From assembly GCA_000934665.2 (NCBI GenBank), contig KZ538021.1, forward strand, positions 124,001-159,825: a DNA stretch of 35,825 nt, written 5' to 3'. The position numbers and the translations under genes are program-made. Numbering within the stretch: position 1 is the first letter of the stretch; each line of letters starts with the position of its first letter. This document shows positions 11,601 to 23,177 of this stretch, piece by piece. The DNA is from Catajapyx aquilonaris (lineage: Eukaryota). The notes under the pieces are model-generated. The model saw only the letters and a program-made list of their open reading frames with translations. It ran no database searches and was not told the origin of the DNA.

Positions 11601-13710
11601 CACAAAAGACAGTTCACTGTATGGATGGTGCGCCTAACCTCCGGTGCATCCCACCCTTCCATGTCGACTTTGTCACCATGCGGCGTCACGGGCTTGTCCT
11701 CGCCCGCTCTGACAACCACTTAGTCCCTCATTAGAAGTTCACCTGCTTCTCTTAATTCCTGGCTGGGCGTATTAAAAGCAAAAGGGGGGGGCCGCCGCGA
11801 TCCAAAACCAGGGCCTCGGTTTTGCCGAGGCGCATTCCGACCTGGGTAAGATCCGCCTGGAGGAGAGAGAGACGCTTTTCTTCCAGTTTAATTAGGAGAC
11901 TCACAAGGGAATGGTACGAAATCAGGTAATGGAGTTTCTTGATGAGACCTATTCCATTCGATAGCTATTGTATTCATATGCTGAAATCTGGAATTTTAGC
12001 TGCTGAAACCTGTGTTAACTATGGGACTTTCTCTTTCCTTGTCAGATGTACTGTACGTCCTGACTTTGGTGATCTTGAGGGTCGTAAATTATTGGGGGGA
12101 CACTTTTTTTTTTTTACATAATATTTATTTTGTGCATCCGTTTCCAGTTCTGCCGTTTTACCGATACTGCCGTAGATCCCTGCCAAGTCGGAGGATATAT
12201 ATTTCAGCAGTGCTGTCGTTTTGAGAAAGGGAGGGGGGAGAAAAAGTTTGTTTTATTGCTTCATACTCGATTGTCGCTGCCAGAAGCTTCCACAAGGTGT
12301 AGTCTGAAATATAGGCGGGTATGTGACTTACATTGAACTTCCTGGTACTCACGAATATGATAAGCCAAAAATAGCCGAAATTGCCGAAATCGCCTTACTC
12401 TATAGATAGAGTAAGTGTACACAACTGTTCATGCCTGGGATGCCAGGGCTTCGAAAGATACTGTACTTGTGAATAGGATTTAACTGTATCCGGCACTAGT
12501 CAGTTCATCGACTTGAGCAGTTTGCCAACTCAAAACTTGTTACGTTTACTTATGGATACCCTGGAGACCTAACTTGCATGATGCGTAAACTTTGGACCTG
12601 CGTTATTCATAATGTATAGGGCGCTTCTTAATTAATTTCCTGTAGATAGCTAGCCAGAGAAAATGCAGCCGGCTTTCATTATGCCATTGCACAGTTATTA
12701 CCCGCGGGTTTGAATGAGATCCTTTGTATATACGGAAGGAAAAGCTGTTTCCAGCCCATGTAAATGATAGCACTTGGAAGGGTGGAAATATTCCTATAAT
12801 TCCTGGATATGCCCCCTTTTCGGAACAACCTTGTAGATCGAAAAGACTTCTTTTGGCAGGATAATCCGGAGCAGCATCATAGATACACCTGGTTGGTGCT
12901 AGTAGGTGACGTTTAATTTTGTTAAGACTATCCGTAGAGTTTAGCAGCAATACTTGGGAACTCGGGTAATATTGGATGGAAGCTTTTCATCCTAACCGAG
13001 AGGGCTACCCAAGAGCCTCTCTTGTGCTGCGGGTGTACATGACATCCAGGCGTTTTCTAGTTCGCTGCGAGCCTGCAGTTGGCAAAGTGAGTATTACGAA
13101 CCAAATATCGGTGGCTCTGCTTTTAAAATACACTCATGTGTTTGATATGTGCACTAATTATAAGCAAGTGTGCCAGTGCAACTCTTCATATTGAAGTTAC
13201 ATTAGTGTGGAACTGCGCGTAATGCAGCCTCTCGTTCAGCGATATGGAGCAAATCGAGGCATTATTGCTCCTTCATTAACGTTACTTTTGGATGTTAATT
13301 AAATATGACACGAGTGTCTCCGAACATTGCGGAGAGGAATTGATTTTGGTTGACGTTGACTACCAAATGTGTTGCACTACCACAACTACACTTGGGATGT
13401 GTATACTGGGCGTAGGAAAGTTTCCGCCTTCAAAATGTATTTACCATTCGATTCTTTTCTCTCGACAGATGGCGTAATGTCCCATATTATTTTCCTTAGT
13501 CCCCCCCNCCCGAACAACTTTAGGCCCAGTGAGGTGCGTATATTGCTACATTTGCATAAGGTGAAATGAATGCGGGAGTTAGCTGAAAGCCTCTCGAGGA
13601 TTTCTCCATTCCAAATGTGGCTTGAAATGCATATCGTACAATTCCAGGACCATTATTATGGATGGTTGCACTTAAAATCATGAGGAACGCATAACCTACA
13701 CTTTCATCAT

Positions 13711-13711
<1 letters not shown>

Positions 13712-13784
<73 letters not shown>
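13712..13784. repeat. (TAT)n trinucleotide microsatellite, about 24 units
   Basis: Uninterrupted TATTATTAT... over 73 bp. It accounts for the poly-Ile and poly-Asn ORFs in the track. Confidence 0.98.
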
Positions 13785-16700
13785 GAGATGCGTATCACCC
13801 TCCGTGTCGTCAGATTTTATGTTGCGGGAGAGCCTTTTAACTTGATTAGGAGAGAGTTGTGAGGTGGAGTTGAGACCAAGTTTGGCATAGCCAGTGTCAT
13901 TTTGGATGCTTGTTTGTCCCAAGCTTATGAAACTTTGGAACGTACAGCATCATTTGGGTTCTTCCGACTTCCTTTTTTTTTCCTTGGTGAGCGTAAAAGT
14001 GAAGGCCTCTGCATCCGATTTCCATTCCAACGACTTCCCTTTCCCCTTCCCTTTTCTTTTGCGCCGTTTTTGTTTGCTCTCGAGTTCATTTGACCCAGAC
14101 TTCCACCAGATCCACTTTGCCACGAGTAGGTTTTCTTCTTCCGAAGGGGAAAAAAGGAGGAAGGGGAAAATAAAGTTGTTGTGATGAACTAGGCTACCAT
14201 TCTGTTCTTCTCCATCTGTAACTCAGCAATATTTATAGCTGGCTCTAGACGTGGGGAGGAGAGGAAAACAAAATTGATTCAGGGGGCAAGCCCTCGGCGG
14301 AAATTGTCCTTGTTGAGTTCATTATTTCCCCCGTACACCTGAGATCCGAGGGCCGCTTTGTGAGCCGGGAATCCCATCTCTCTACATTTATGGAAGTCTA
14401 GATTGGGAATGTTAATAAGACCGTTTGAAAGTTGGGGAACTGTTCCAGGGGGAGGCGTCATCTGCGGAATGCCATTGAAGGAGTCAAACAAAAGTCTGGG
14501 GACATTTTTTTTTTAACTTTCAGAGAAAGAGAAGGTCTGTGTGGTTTCACACATCTGAAGGCTGCGAATAAAGAAATTCCAAGAATTTATTTGCGGTTCG
14601 ATTGGTTGTTTTCGACAAAGGAAATACAAATCCATCCTCCGTTTGATTCCATTCCTCATTTTTTTTCTTCGTATTATCTGGGAAGTAATAACCCCGCGAA
14701 GTGAATTTCAAATTAATTTCGAGTATATGATTTTTTTGTTTGTCCCCGTGCTGATATGTGGTTTACACAGCAGGACAAGGAATATTGCTCTGTGAATGCC
14801 CCCTCTCTCTCTGTGTCGCCCCGGTCTGACAAAAGGAAGGTGGGCACTCTGTAGTTTGCCTTTGTACTGTTCGACAGATATGATATTGATCCCTGTTTCC
14901 ATCGGAAACATGGAGGCTGTTTTCGACAGCTACCTAGCGGATCCTGTTACAGAACTTCTGCTTCCGATGAAATTGTTCTGTCGGCTGACAGAAGAAAACT
15001 GGATCCAGTGCGATTTGTGTCGGGTCGGGGGAAACAGGGCGGCAAAAAGAGAACAAACGGACAAAAAGGAAGTTTTCATTAAAATCTCATTGTGCAACGG
15101 TGTTGTTGTGTGAGCATCTGCGGTGCGTAATTAATTTTTTATGCCCGGCTCAGATTTTCCTCTTGCACCCTTGCCCCATAAAAAAAGTTGGAGACTGCTA
15201 CAAAAAAAAAACAGGACAGCAGTGTATAGATTTTCATTAGCCTCAAAATAATGTCCATTAACAGCTTTGCGCTAAAAATGACGCCATAAAAGTCCAGTAA
15301 ACACTGATATACATTGCAAATAACCTGACTCAATTAGCGCCACGCGCATTGGATTCTGATTCCCCTCGACCAGTGTATTGCAATATTTTACCACCACTGG
15401 CTTCGCCCGTTTCGACAATGACCCCTGGTTGAAGTACCACCGTCCATGTCCCAATAACCCTCAACCAACTGCCAACCGTATAGTTGGCAATCTTTCTGGC
15501 GTAGTTTTTTTTTGGTGGGTGGCATTTGACTCTCTCGCGGAATGCGGTCGAGGTATAGCTCTCGCAACGCTGAAAATGGAGCCGAAAGGGATATACGTGC
15601 TGGTCAACAGCCCAGCTCCCGATATTGTTGGCTTAAAAGTATTTGCAGGGGCCTGCGTTCCAAAGGCATGCCAAGCCTATTATTTTGTTGGTCGCTGGTG
15701 GTTGCACTGGTGATCTTAACTGACTTTCGGGTTGATTGCGGCAGGTCACGTGACATTGCAATGACAGTACAAGTTGGCAACACGGGAGGTGCAAAACATC
15801 GTAAAATTTATGATAGTCATCGAAGAGAATAATTTGTGCAAAGGTCTCCTAGGTGTATTTAGCAATTGCGGTACGTTATGAAGTAGGGCAAAGGCACTTT
15901 CGATAACGCAGTTTACGGTTCAGGCAGAATTTCGGTTTGACTTGACTGGAATAATGCCATTTCGTCCCAAGGAACACTGAAGTTGAGAGTTTAGGAGCCA
16001 AAACAAAGGGAACTTGGTACAGTGTTTTGAAATTCGACCAGACGCATGTCTGAAGTGTCTGGGAGAAACTTGGGGAGGAGAGGCGCCCCCTTTCACCCGC
16101 TTTCATTCAGGCTGCACACAGAGGAAGGCGGAATGGGTAAAGCAAATAGCTGCACGCTGCTTTTCCCCAAAGGGTTTTGGCAGCTTCCTGGATGTCTTAC
16201 CCCCTTTAGACGCAGCACGCCGGATAATTTTCCAAATCCAAGTACCCCGGCTCGTAACGCGCGTTACTGTCCGTCTTCAGGGTGTCACTTGATGATGCAG
16301 ATCAAGGCAAAGAGAGGGGGGTTCTCAACCTCCGGGCTGTTTCTGGGATTTCGTGTGGTGTAGACTCAAGACAAGGCCTCAAGTGCATTCAGAATTTCTT
16401 GTAGTGAACGTACCCTAAGGCTGAGAAGTCAGGTGAGCCTGTCGAGCTCACCTGGAGAGCTTTTGAGTCACGAGATTTAGAGAGAGAGAAAAAACAGATC
16501 TTTTATTTTTTGAGTAAGAAGCCGGCAGATTCTGCATCAGTTGGTTGAATTTAGAGCCTGTTGTATATGAACCACCAAGACGATATGGCGTCAATTCATC
16601 CTCGTGCTGCTGCGGTACACCTTACATGTAATAATATCCGGCAGAGATGAAATTTTCAGATGGCAAAAGCACTCCCTGCACTTTGACCGATTGCGAGCAT

Positions 16701-19700
16701 TGAAATAATGCCAGCAATGTTCATCTGCCAGGAACTCCCCCCCCCTGCTGGAGGCGTAGGCGGAGAGGACTTGGCTGTGGGAGGATGGAAGTGGAAAAGG
16801 TATCCGAGTATGTGAAGCATCTGGTGCACCAGGAGGGCCTCGGAGATAGAGGATTTCCGGTTGGGATGAGGGAGGGATCCGGATACGGAGAATTCTTGCG
16901 TCAGGATTCATTAGCGCATTTATCAAAGAGAGGGGGGGGGGGGACTTACAGGTGTATATAGCCCGGTAGCCCCCCCCCCTCCCAACGAAACGAGGAGGGA
17001 TAGGCGGTAAATTAATGGAACGAGCGCGGAGGGAGCTGTGGATTTACAGCCCACGATATGGCCAAGTGCCTTTGGGTGGGTGGGGGAGGGGGATGACTTG
17101 GACTTCCACTCTCGATAATAAACGAGCATCTGTGCTTTGGCGCTGCCGCCCCGGGCTCATCAAGGTAGGACTCATCCCACAACATTGCGGGGACGGGGGT
17201 CACCATCCCGGAAACTTGCAACAACAAAAAAATGGTGCAATTTTTTTTTTCTCGTCCATGTGACGGATTAGTCCCGCAATGCGTTTTCATCCGTGGTGCT
17301 TTAGCAGGCCAGATTTTGAGTCCGGAACAGGGCTGAGGGAGATTTTCGGACATTCCGCAGATTCCAGAATATTGCGGGGGGGATCCGCCGACGCACGGAC
17401 TATTCCGCATTCTGGCGGCTGGTGAGTTCAGCTAGCAGGACTCTCGGTTTAGTTAAAATGGACTGGTTCGTATATTTTATTAGCGATTTTATAGACGTCT
17501 AACTGCAGGCAATTTTTTGTATACTGGTATTTGCAGACATGGTATTGAAATTTGGCTGGAGGTGGAGTTAAAATTTTCAATTGAATTCATAACTGCAGGG
17601 ACTGGGAATTATGCCAGTGTGTCACTGCACTGGTAACTCTGCCAAAATCGCTAAACAATCTGCCATATTGCGGGAGGCAAAGTTGGTAACCGGGTAGTTT
17701 CCATGTGGCATATTCATGGCGTAATGGCTGAGTTCGAATAATGTGGAGAGCAATGCGTAACTTTTCATATGAATTCTGCTTACGCTCATTGGCTGATGTA
17801 TAGCAAGAAGGCCTTCAGATATGTGCGTTGCCTATAGCGTCCATTATTGTTACATCTCTTTATGGCCATCCAATGCACAGTACATGCATGTGAGATACAG
17901 CTGAGCAGTAAGTGCTGCACGGTGTTTGCATGTTGTACCTGCGAAGTAAAAGTTGGTTTGCACATCAGCGTTGACTGGGGCTGTGTGTGAGTTAAGCTGT
18001 GGAGATTGCTCATTTTATTGTCTCATGCCTGTTGTGCTCGCCACACGACAAGGATCCAAGTTAACAATGCAGCAGGGGTTTTGTGTCCAGACCAGTTAGA
18101 ACGACGGGAAGTCTCCTTTTGGAGGAATGGCAGCCATGACTTGAGAAGTGGGATTCGTCACGTAGGTGCTGTAAATTCTATTGTACCGGCGGTGCTAAGT
18201 AATATGGTTTGCTGGCTGTCAGTGGGCTATCTCGAGTTGAGAGTTTATGATTGGAGTTGTATGTCAGGTATTTCATGGTAGGCAATTACGGCTATCTCTG
18301 GAGAGAATGTGAGAGCCTGGCAATTTCGTGCTCATCAAGGCGAAATAATAAGAACTCCTTAATAAGGCAGCCCTGGAACGAGGTTCGCAAGGGTAATGTT
18401 TATTTACATTTGCGGGATTGCATAGACTAGTTTAAGGCGAAGTGCCATTCATTATACCTGCCTGCCATTTTTGTGCAAAGTTTACGTCAACCTGCAGCGC
18501 ATTGTTGGCTCTTGTGTCGATTCTCATTCTTTATTGTTTCGGCTGGTATCCGCACGCTGGTGAGAGCCGAACCCGAAACTACTGCAGTCTGACAGAAACA
18601 TGGTCATACACAATGGAAGTAAGTGGGGTGTGACTTTGATATTTTTTTGGTGTTAGCCTGTGGAACAATGCGAATCGCTGTGGTCTCCCACGTTCCTCGC
18701 ACGTGATCAGTCAAACCGTGAAGTTCTGTCGGCATTAGTGGGGGCACATTTTAATTATTCATCAATCATCGGTTTTAACCCAGTCTTGGTGAGATCTGCA
18801 TTGCAGCATCCCTGCGGGGAAATTAGTGTAGCTCCTGAAACAATGTTGCAAAATACCTTATTGTTAACGCTGTGCACCGTAAGAATACTGAACAAGTGCA
18901 CCTGATGAATGTTTGATTCCAGAAATTATCCGAAACATGTCTGCAAGTACTTCGATTGTGGGATTGATCAACGTAGTTCTCATCCAGAATGACTTAATTA
19001 CACGGTCGATTGATTTGTACCTCACTCTGGTATGAATGAAAGTGGTTAGTCAAGGCGGGGCCTGATGGGAAGGCAAGCGCGCTTCGTTAGCCATTTCTTC
19101 CCATGGCGGCACCTCCAGTAGTATAGCCCCTAGTTGGATGAACCGATTGACATTGGGAGAAAGAGGGGGTGGGACTGACGACACGGCGTATACGAACGTA
19201 GTACGTACGTAAGGCCTCTCCCGAACAGAATTGGCCTCTCGGAATTGCCTTTGGGTCAGTTGGGGCCCCGAGAATAAGGGAGCCATGCCCGCATTATTTG
19301 TTGCTCCGAATTACATGGCTGCGTTTCCAAGGCTCTGATGCCTGCCCTTGATGGCCTGTAAGGCAATCTTCCAAGGCTTGACTCCGGGATATTTCTTGCA
19401 GGCGCCACTTATTCCACTTTTAGCTCGACTCAGGAGACTCAGCCCCATCTGTATTCATTACGCTCAAGAACATGACGATTGTAGACATTCTAACAACCTG
19501 TCGTTTGGCAGGAACGCAAATATCCTGCTCCGTAACGGTTACTTTTGACAACCGGAGGGGGGTCTTTCAGGAGGCAAACACATCGGTCCATCGAGTTATT
19601 GAAGGTGACCTTGCTGCGAAAAATCTGCTAAGTGCATGCCGTCAATTTTAAGTATAGCGACCGCTTTGCAGATTCCCTGCGGACCAAGCACGTTTGTTTA

Positions 19701-22700
19701 CAGTGTTTACGGGTAGTGAGCACTTGGCACAGCGTAATGAAAAGTACACGACAAGTCGAGTCAGCCAAATAATGAGATGTTTTTGCTCACTCTGTAATGA
19801 AAGAATATTTGTTTTTGCATGTACCAGTATGTCCTTTCATTGTAGTTTAATAATCGAGACATTAATTTCACTTTTTTCTGCCTGTGTCGCCCATGGTACA
19901 GTATATGTACTCATCAGTGGCTTTTTTTTTCTGGAGAAACTCATTTGCGGTTCCCCTCATGATTCCCCGTGCATTTCCGCAGGGGATCCAGGAAATGAAC
20001 CATAAATGACACCACTCCGAAGTCAGCTCTACTGGTCCATAAATCCGTTGGTGTTTGGCCAGGAAGGAGTTATCCATTCCATGGGGTTTCCCCTTTTGTA
20101 CGGCCCTCCTCCGATCGTACGTCTTGTCTCTCTGACGGTAACGGCCCCGAAAGCTGGCCCCACTTTCCTCGGAAATGCCTGTGATTCTCCAGAAGCCATT
20201 CGTAATAAACCCCTAACCCATTTCACTTGACGGACTTGTATGCTCGCTTCCCAAACTAGATTGAAAAAAAAAAAAAATCCCCCTCCCTACCCGCCATTCC
20301 TCTTCAACTGCTAATGAGGTGAGGGAGTCGTCGCCTAAGCAAAGTTATGGTTTACCGCGACGAGAGAAAAATATGCATATAAATTAAATACCTTAGTCCA
20401 GGTTGGCCGGAGCTCTAGCTTCGGAAGGACCTTTTCATCCCTGTTCCCATTCATCATGAGATTGAAGTCTCACTTTATTGCGTTGCTTCCAGCCGGAATC
20501 GATCTCGGGACACATCCCCATGAGTAAAGAACGATTGGAAATTATATCGCCTGCTGGAAGACTGGAACCTTCATAATTATCCAGCAGGTTCCGTACACAC
20601 TATTGTTATTATTAATCTCGTTGTGTTGATGAAACTCGGCCCCCGTGCTGTGTAGCAATGCCCCCTTTTTTTATTTGCAGCGGTTAAAATGTAAAGCTGA
20701 GTGTACGTTGAGTTCTGATGAATTTTTTTTTGTTTAAGGACACACAAAATGAAACGGACGGAATGTACACAAGCTGGGTGTTTACATAGGAAATGCCTAA
20801 AAAGCAGGGCGGTGGGATCGTTTTCATTGTTTCATGATTTAACAACTCTCTGCTGCTGCAACCATTGCGCCGCCGCCAGGGGAATTAACAATTTTTGTCT
20901 GCAGGAATATATAACATTCGATGTTGAATCCCTTCCTTTTGCATTGTCATCAATTTTCGAGCTCCATTCAGCATCATGGCGGTGTACCCCTGTGGATGTT
21001 ATTAGCATTATGTGCAAACGTATTAATTTAAACGGTAGCTATTCATGAATTCCAATGCACTTAAATTGCCGTTATTTGGGGGGGGGGAAAGGTCGTCCAT
21101 CAATGCGTAATGCATTATTTATTGGAGCCAATTCGTGAACTGCACTTGTTAATTTGCGAGCTTAGGAAACCCCTCGAATATTTGTGCTCAATGGACGCAG
21201 AGGAAATTAACCATATATTTGGAACCATAATGCAACAATCATGCGTGCAGTCCCATCGAAATTCCCAAAGTAGTCGTAGAGTTTTTGCAGGAGATTTGAA
21301 AATTCGCCATTTTGGTTAGTAAAAAAAAAGTGCGCAGAACTGGGCGGCAGATTGCAATTATCTTTGTACTAACCAGTTCATTATATGCGCTGAATAATTA
21401 AAAATGAGTCTGAGTCTGTGCGACGGAAATACATGTAGATGAGAACAGGGCTTTTGGGAAATACGCAGTCCGTGTAGGCATGTTGCCTTTTTTTTTTTTA
21501 AAAAAAAGGGGGTAGTAATGAGTAGATAACAGATAGAGCTGTACAGCTGAAACAAGTGACGGAGACATTTTCGTCCCTTTTGCGCAGGCTCGTATATATC
21601 CTGTGTATGGCGAGGCAAAGCTATTACCTGGCGGGATGAAGTGAATTTCCGGCCAGTTAGGTTTCATCATCTTTAGGGGTTGCCATAGCGATAGGGTTTA
21701 CTTTCCCGCCTCGGGGTCAAGGAAGAAAAGAGATTTTTCGGAGGAACGTATATAGGGCGAGGAGGGTATATATAGGGGGTGGGCTTCCCCGTCGAGATCA
21801 AACTTTAATACTTCCATTTCGACTGCAGATTGGAAGGTGGGAAGTTACTGCTGCCCTGCTGCAGAACTTGCGTTTTTTTCACTTTTCCACAAAAAAAATG
21901 TGCGAATTAATATCCTTTGAAAGTGTAAGGTTGGTAGAATGCAAGCCTGCAGGTTCACCTTCAGATTCATTATTATGTAGTATACAATTATGCTTCGTTG
22001 TAGGTGCAGACCGTAGGGGAAACAGAATCTATAAATTTTGAAAGTCGCAAACACGTTTTCTTCAGCGCCCAATGTATGTGAGGGCCCATTCTGAAGGTAC
22101 CATCTGTTGCATCCATTTGGAAACCAGGTGAAAAGGGGATGGAATAAGAGTGGACCGAACTCAGCTTTTTTTTCTCTCTCTCCCCGTCCTTTCTGCGCTT
22201 TTTTTTCTCTTCTTTCTTCTCCTCTTGACTCTTTTGGTCAAGTTGGAGGAAGCGAATAGAAGTTTCTTAATGCTCGTAGCGAACGCCCTGGAGACCGCCA
22301 ACAATATTAGTGGAAGGAAGTTCGTCTCTTCGGCACCTTTTTTTTCTCCCCCCACGTACTCTTGGTCTTGTGGTCCTCTTGGTTGGTTTTATATCTGGCA
22401 CGCTTGTGGCCGGTTTGGTGGTGCAATGCAGGTTGACCACACCGAAAAAGAGTTGCTCGTGACTTGAACCCAGCGCGTCAGTTAAAATGGCGTGGAATTG
22501 ATTGACGCGGCTGACAAATTGGAATGTGCACTTCACGCTGCCGGGGTTAATGAAGTAATGCGCATCGGCTTTCGTTATCGAAAATGTCCCCACACCGCAG
22601 GCACGACGGGGAAATATTGAGGGAGGTCAGAACCGACCTCTCTGGAAAGTTATGGAATTTGCGTGTATGACTTCTACCATTTTTTTTTTAAAAAAAAATT

Positions 22701-22948
22701 ATTATTTAAAGGTTGAAGGGTAGGGTCTAATTCAAGGCAGGGTCTTAGTGAATGTCCTTCATTAGCATGCAAGAGCGAAGGCGGTTTGGAATTATGCGGC
22801 CGTGCTCTCCTCTGTCGCCATTTTAGCCCGCCAACAACTTCTTTAATCAAGGGCTTTGGCCCGTAATGATGGCAACTGCTACCTGCCGACGCAGGGCGGT
22901 GGGTTGGAGTATAAGCAACTGCTAAAAGTTTCATGTGTCTTAATTCAG

Positions 22949-23177
22949 ATGGTGAGCCAGAAAGAGGAGCTGGAGAACCAGCTGAGGCACCAACTTCGAC
23001 ACCAGGCTGCGGCCCATGCTGACCACCTGCAGGACGCTCTCAGGGTGCAGGCTCTGGAGCTGGAGAGACGTTGGACCACCATGCTGGACGATGAGGTCAG
23101 GGCGGAGAGGACCAACTTTCATCAGACCCTGGGGTCGCTTATCGCTAGGGTCAAGGGTCTAGACAACGCCATTCGAT
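22949..23177 (+). CDS. IMMT: Mic60 internal coding exon (MVSQKEELENQLRHQLRHQAAAHADHLQDALRVQALELERRW...ARVKGLDNAIR)
   Basis: Acceptor TCTTAATTCAG|ATG (phase 0) and donor CGAT|GTGAGT at 23178 (phase 1). Codons are GC3-rich and the QAAAHxDHL motif is characteristic of Mic60. Confidence 0.96.

Larger units (their letters stand above)
1073..22948 (+). other. GT-AG intron, 21,876 bp, phase 0
   Basis: Runs GTAAGT...TTCAG. The flanking peptides join without a gap relative to Mic60 as recalled, so no constitutive exon appears to be missing. Confidence 0.8.

Noticed and set aside
11639..11710. GC-rich minus-strand segment (AGEDKPVTPHGDKVDMEGWDAPE) ending in GAG|GTTAGG, possible nested exon
   Set aside because: The acceptor lacks a pyrimidine tract, the peptide is short and unrecognised, and its phase does not join the 26764-27156 candidate.
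12361..12394. Degenerate ~10-bp tandem repeat (GCCAAAAATA/GCCGAAATT/GCCGAAATC)
   Set aside because: Short and degenerate, with no spacers, so it is not CRISPR-like or otherwise informative.
13520..13922. Poly-Ile and poly-Asn ORFs on the minus strand
   Set aside because: They are translations of the (TAT)n microsatellite.
19187..19247. CGTATACG and TACGTACGTA palindromes followed by duplicated GGCCTCTC...GAATT
   Set aside because: Explained by a decayed (TACG)n repeat and a small duplication.
1073..22948. Recursive splice sites in the long intron
   Set aside because: By eye I found no polypyrimidine-CAG|GTRAG junction. The candidates near 5116, 10175, 11924 and 16432 lack either the tract or a good donor.
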